Source: Candidatus Kuenenia stuttgartensis
GTDB lineage: Bacteria > Planctomycetota > Planctomycetia > Pirellulales > UBA1268
Reading direction: 5' to 3'
Length of the DNA: 64,000 bases
Assembly: GCA_945891385.1 (NCBI GenBank)
Contig: CAMDDJ010000001.1
Location: 28,921 to 92,920 of the forward strand
In this document: piece by piece, positions 61,915-64,000 of the stretch
Position numbering within the stretch: the first letter of the stretch is position 1
Layout of the letters: every line of letters starts with the position of its first letter
The notes under the pieces: generated by a model
What the model saw: the letters and a program-made list of their open reading frames with translations, nothing else
Told to the model about the DNA's origin: nothing
Database searches by the model: none
Made by a program: the position numbers and the translations under genes

Positions 61915-64000
61915 ATGAACATTCCGACCACCGCCCTCCTCCTCGCCCAGACCGCCGGCGATGTCGCCGCGGTTGCAGTGGCTGACGTGCCCTGGTGGCA
62001 GACCCGGCAGGCAGCCTGGCTGATCGCACTGGCCGTCTTCATCGTGCCGACGCTGCTGGCATGGTTTATCACCAAGAGCATGCGGCTGCCCGACCTCTGG
62101 GGGCGCCTGGCCACGGTGCTGGTGGCGCTCGCCGCGGGCGGAGCGATCTGCTGGCTCGGCTGGCCGCCGCGGCTGGGCATCGACCTCAAGGGTGGCCTGA
62201 TTCTTGTCTATGAGGTGGCGGCAGGGCGGCAGGGGCAGTTGCGGGTCGACGACGCCATCGCCGGGATCGAGCGAATCGCCCTGGCCGAGGATGGCAGTCA
62301 GGCGACCGTGGAGCGCCGACCGGGAGGGAAGGTGCAGGTTCGGCTCGACACTGCCGACGCCGCCGCCCGCGAGGCATTTCTCTCCGAGATGAAACAGGCT
62401 CAGTTCGACCAGGTGTCCATCAAGGAGATGGCCCGCGAGGCAGGGGCCGATGCGCTCGTACTCGAATACCAGATCGTGCCGCAGGCGGCCGCCGTCCCCA
62501 TGGACAAGCTGGTGGCAGCGGTCAGCCGCCGCGTCAATCCGGGCGGCCAAAAGGAAGTGACCGTCCGTCAATTCGGACTCGACCAGATCGAGGTGATCCT
62601 TCCCGAGGTCGAGCAGTCGGAGGTCGAGCAGGTCAAGAAGGTGATCTCGAGCGCCGGCGTGCTGGAGTTTCGGATGTTGGCCAACCGCAACGACCCGCGT
62701 CATCGGGCCGCCATCGCCATTGCCGAGAAATCCCGCAGTTCGACCGCCCGCCAGGACGGGAAACTTCTGGCCCGCTGGGTGCGGCTCGATCCGGCAAAAA
62801 TGCAGATCGACGAGGCCATGGTGACGCGGCCGGCAGGCGAGCAGACCGAGGTGCTCGTGATGGTCGATCCCTACAACGTGACGGGCGGTGATCTCAGTCG
62901 GGTGAGCCCCGATCTCGACGACGCGACCCTCGCCCCCTGCGTCAGCTTCCTCCTGAAGAGCGAAGGCGCCCGTCGATTCGGCGTGCTGACAAGCAAGAAT
63001 CTGCCCGATCCGGCCAATGGCCTGGAAAACCGGCTGGGTATCGTGCTCGATGACGTTCTTCAGACGGCACCGGTCATCCGCAGCACCATCACCTCCAGCG
63101 GCCAGATCACCGGCAACTTCGATCAAGCGGAGGTGGACTTCCTCACCGAGGTGCTCAACGCAGGCAGTCTGCCAGCGGCCCTCGAGAGCCAGCCAATCAG
63201 CGAGCAGCGCATCAGTTCGCAGCTCGGCGACGACACGATTCGCTCGGCCCGTCTGGCGATGATGCTCGCCACGATCCTGGTGCTCACCTTCATGCTGGCC
63301 TACTACCGGTTCTCCGGCTTCGTGGCCGACCTGGCCGTGCTGATGAACGTGGTGCTCGTGGTGGCCGTGATGATCTCGTTCAAGGTCGCCTTCACGCTGG
63401 CCGGGCTGGCCGGGCTCGTGCTTTCGGTCGGCATGGCGGTCGACGCCAACGTGCTGATCTACGAACGGATGCGGGAGGAGCTTGACCGGGGCTCGGCCGT
63501 CCGGATGGCGATCCGCAACGGCTTCCAGCGGGCCTTCGCCACGATCGTCGACTCGAATCTGACGACGCTGATCACCGGCATCGTGTTGTTCGCGATCGGC
63601 ACCGACCAGCTCAAGGGCTTCGCGATCACGCTGATCCTGGGTCTGGCCCTCAACCTGTTCACCGCCGTGTTCTGTTCGCGGGTGCTCTTCGATCTGGCCG
63701 AGCGGTCGGGCTGGCTGCGGAAGCTCTCGATGGGCCGGTTGCTGGGGCGCACCAGCCTTTCGTTCGTTTCCTGGGCAAAAACGGCCGCCGCCCTGGCCGT
63801 CGCCCTGGTCGTTCTGGGCGCCGTTGCGGCCGCCCGGCGGGGGTCGGAGCTCTTCGATATCGACTTTACCGGGGGCACCAGCGTGCAGGTGGAGTTTCAG
63901 GAGGGCAAGGAGCTGCCGATCGCTGAGGTCCGGCGGCTCGCGGGGGAGAAGCTCGAGTCGGCGACCGTCAGCGCTGTGACGCTGGCGGAAGGGGTGTCGA
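61915..64000 (+). CDS. secDF: protein translocase SecDF fusion, 3'-truncated by the window edge (not in the ORF track because it has no stop)
   Basis: Translated by hand from ATG 61915: ...SAGVLEFRML..., LSVGMAVDANVLIYERMREE, TLITGIVLFAIGTDQLKGFAITL (SecD), continuing in frame into DIDFTGGTSVQVEF (SecF N-terminal region). Confidence 0.8.
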   Translation, partial: MNIPTTALLLAQTAGDVAAVAVADVPWWQTRQAAWLIALAVFIVPTLLAWFITKSMRLPDLWGRLATVLVALAAGGAICWLGWPPRLGIDLKGGLILVYEVAAGRQGQLRVDDAIAGIERIALAEDGSQATVERRPGGKVQVRLDTADAAAREAFLSEMKQAQFDQVSIKEMAREAGADALVLEYQIVPQAAAVPMDKLVAAVSRRVNPGGQKEVTVRQFGLDQIEVILPEVEQSEVEQVKKVISSAGVLEFRMLANRNDPRHRAAIAIAEKSRSSTARQDGKLLARWVRLDPAKMQIDEAMVTRPAGEQTEVLVMVDPYNVTGGDLSRVSPDLDDATLAPCVSFLLKSEGARRFGVLTSKNLPDPANGLENRLGIVLDDVLQTAPVIRSTITSSGQITGNFDQAEVDFLTEVLNAGSLPAALESQPISEQRISSQLGDDTIRSARLAMMLATILVLTFMLAYYRFSGFVADLAVLMNVVLVVAVMISFKVAFTLAGLAGLVLSVGMAVDANVLIYERMREELDRGSAVRMAIRNGFQRAFATIVDSNLTTLITGIVLFAIGTDQLKGFAITLILGLALNLFTAVFCSRVLFDLAERSGWLRKLSMGRLLGRTSLSFVSWAKTAAALAVALVVLGAVAAARRGSELFDIDFTGGTSVQVEFQEGKELPIAEVRRLAGEKLESATVSAVTLAEGVS

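Overview
This is a 64-kb, high-GC (about two-thirds G+C by eye), gene-dense bacterial chromosome segment. The gene content points to Planctomycetota, which is an inference from several features: a DUF1549/DUF1553 + DUF1501 gene pair, a PEP-CTERM subtilase, tandem GT39 glycosyltransferases, long extensions on ribosomal proteins, and no rpmD or infA in the spc/alpha region.

The backbone is housekeeping:
- aroB.
- A translationally coupled string: rpmA-obg-coaX / rsfS-argS-EF-G paralog.
- A complete S10-spc-alpha ribosomal cluster at 17.4-33.8 kb (rpsJ to rplQ, including secY, adk, map, rpmJ and rpoA).
- speA, nadE, pckA, a glutathione peroxidase, gyrA, ugd, a membrane pyrophosphatase, tgt, yajC and a 3'-truncated secDF fusion.

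Less ordinary regions:
- 1-4.7 kb: PAP2 protein, PEP-CTERM protease, a receiver domain lacking the acceptor Asp, a secreted protein, a 39-aa micro-protein and a palindromic repeat cluster.
- 6.2-10.1 kb: an orphan ParA flanked by unknown envelope proteins.
- 42.6-45.4 kb: hypotheticals bracketed by inverted repeat copies.
- 48.3-53 kb: GT2 plus two GT39 genes.

The signal I consider most novel is a family of about 85-nt hairpin-forming dispersed repeats with six copies. Four of the five plus-oriented copies start 23-24 nt after a stop codon.

No rRNA, tRNA, CRISPR array, transposase or integrase was recognised by eye. Many long ORFs in the track are antisense or frame shadows typical of GC-rich DNA and were not called. 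All coordinates and starts come from manual reading; no searches were run.
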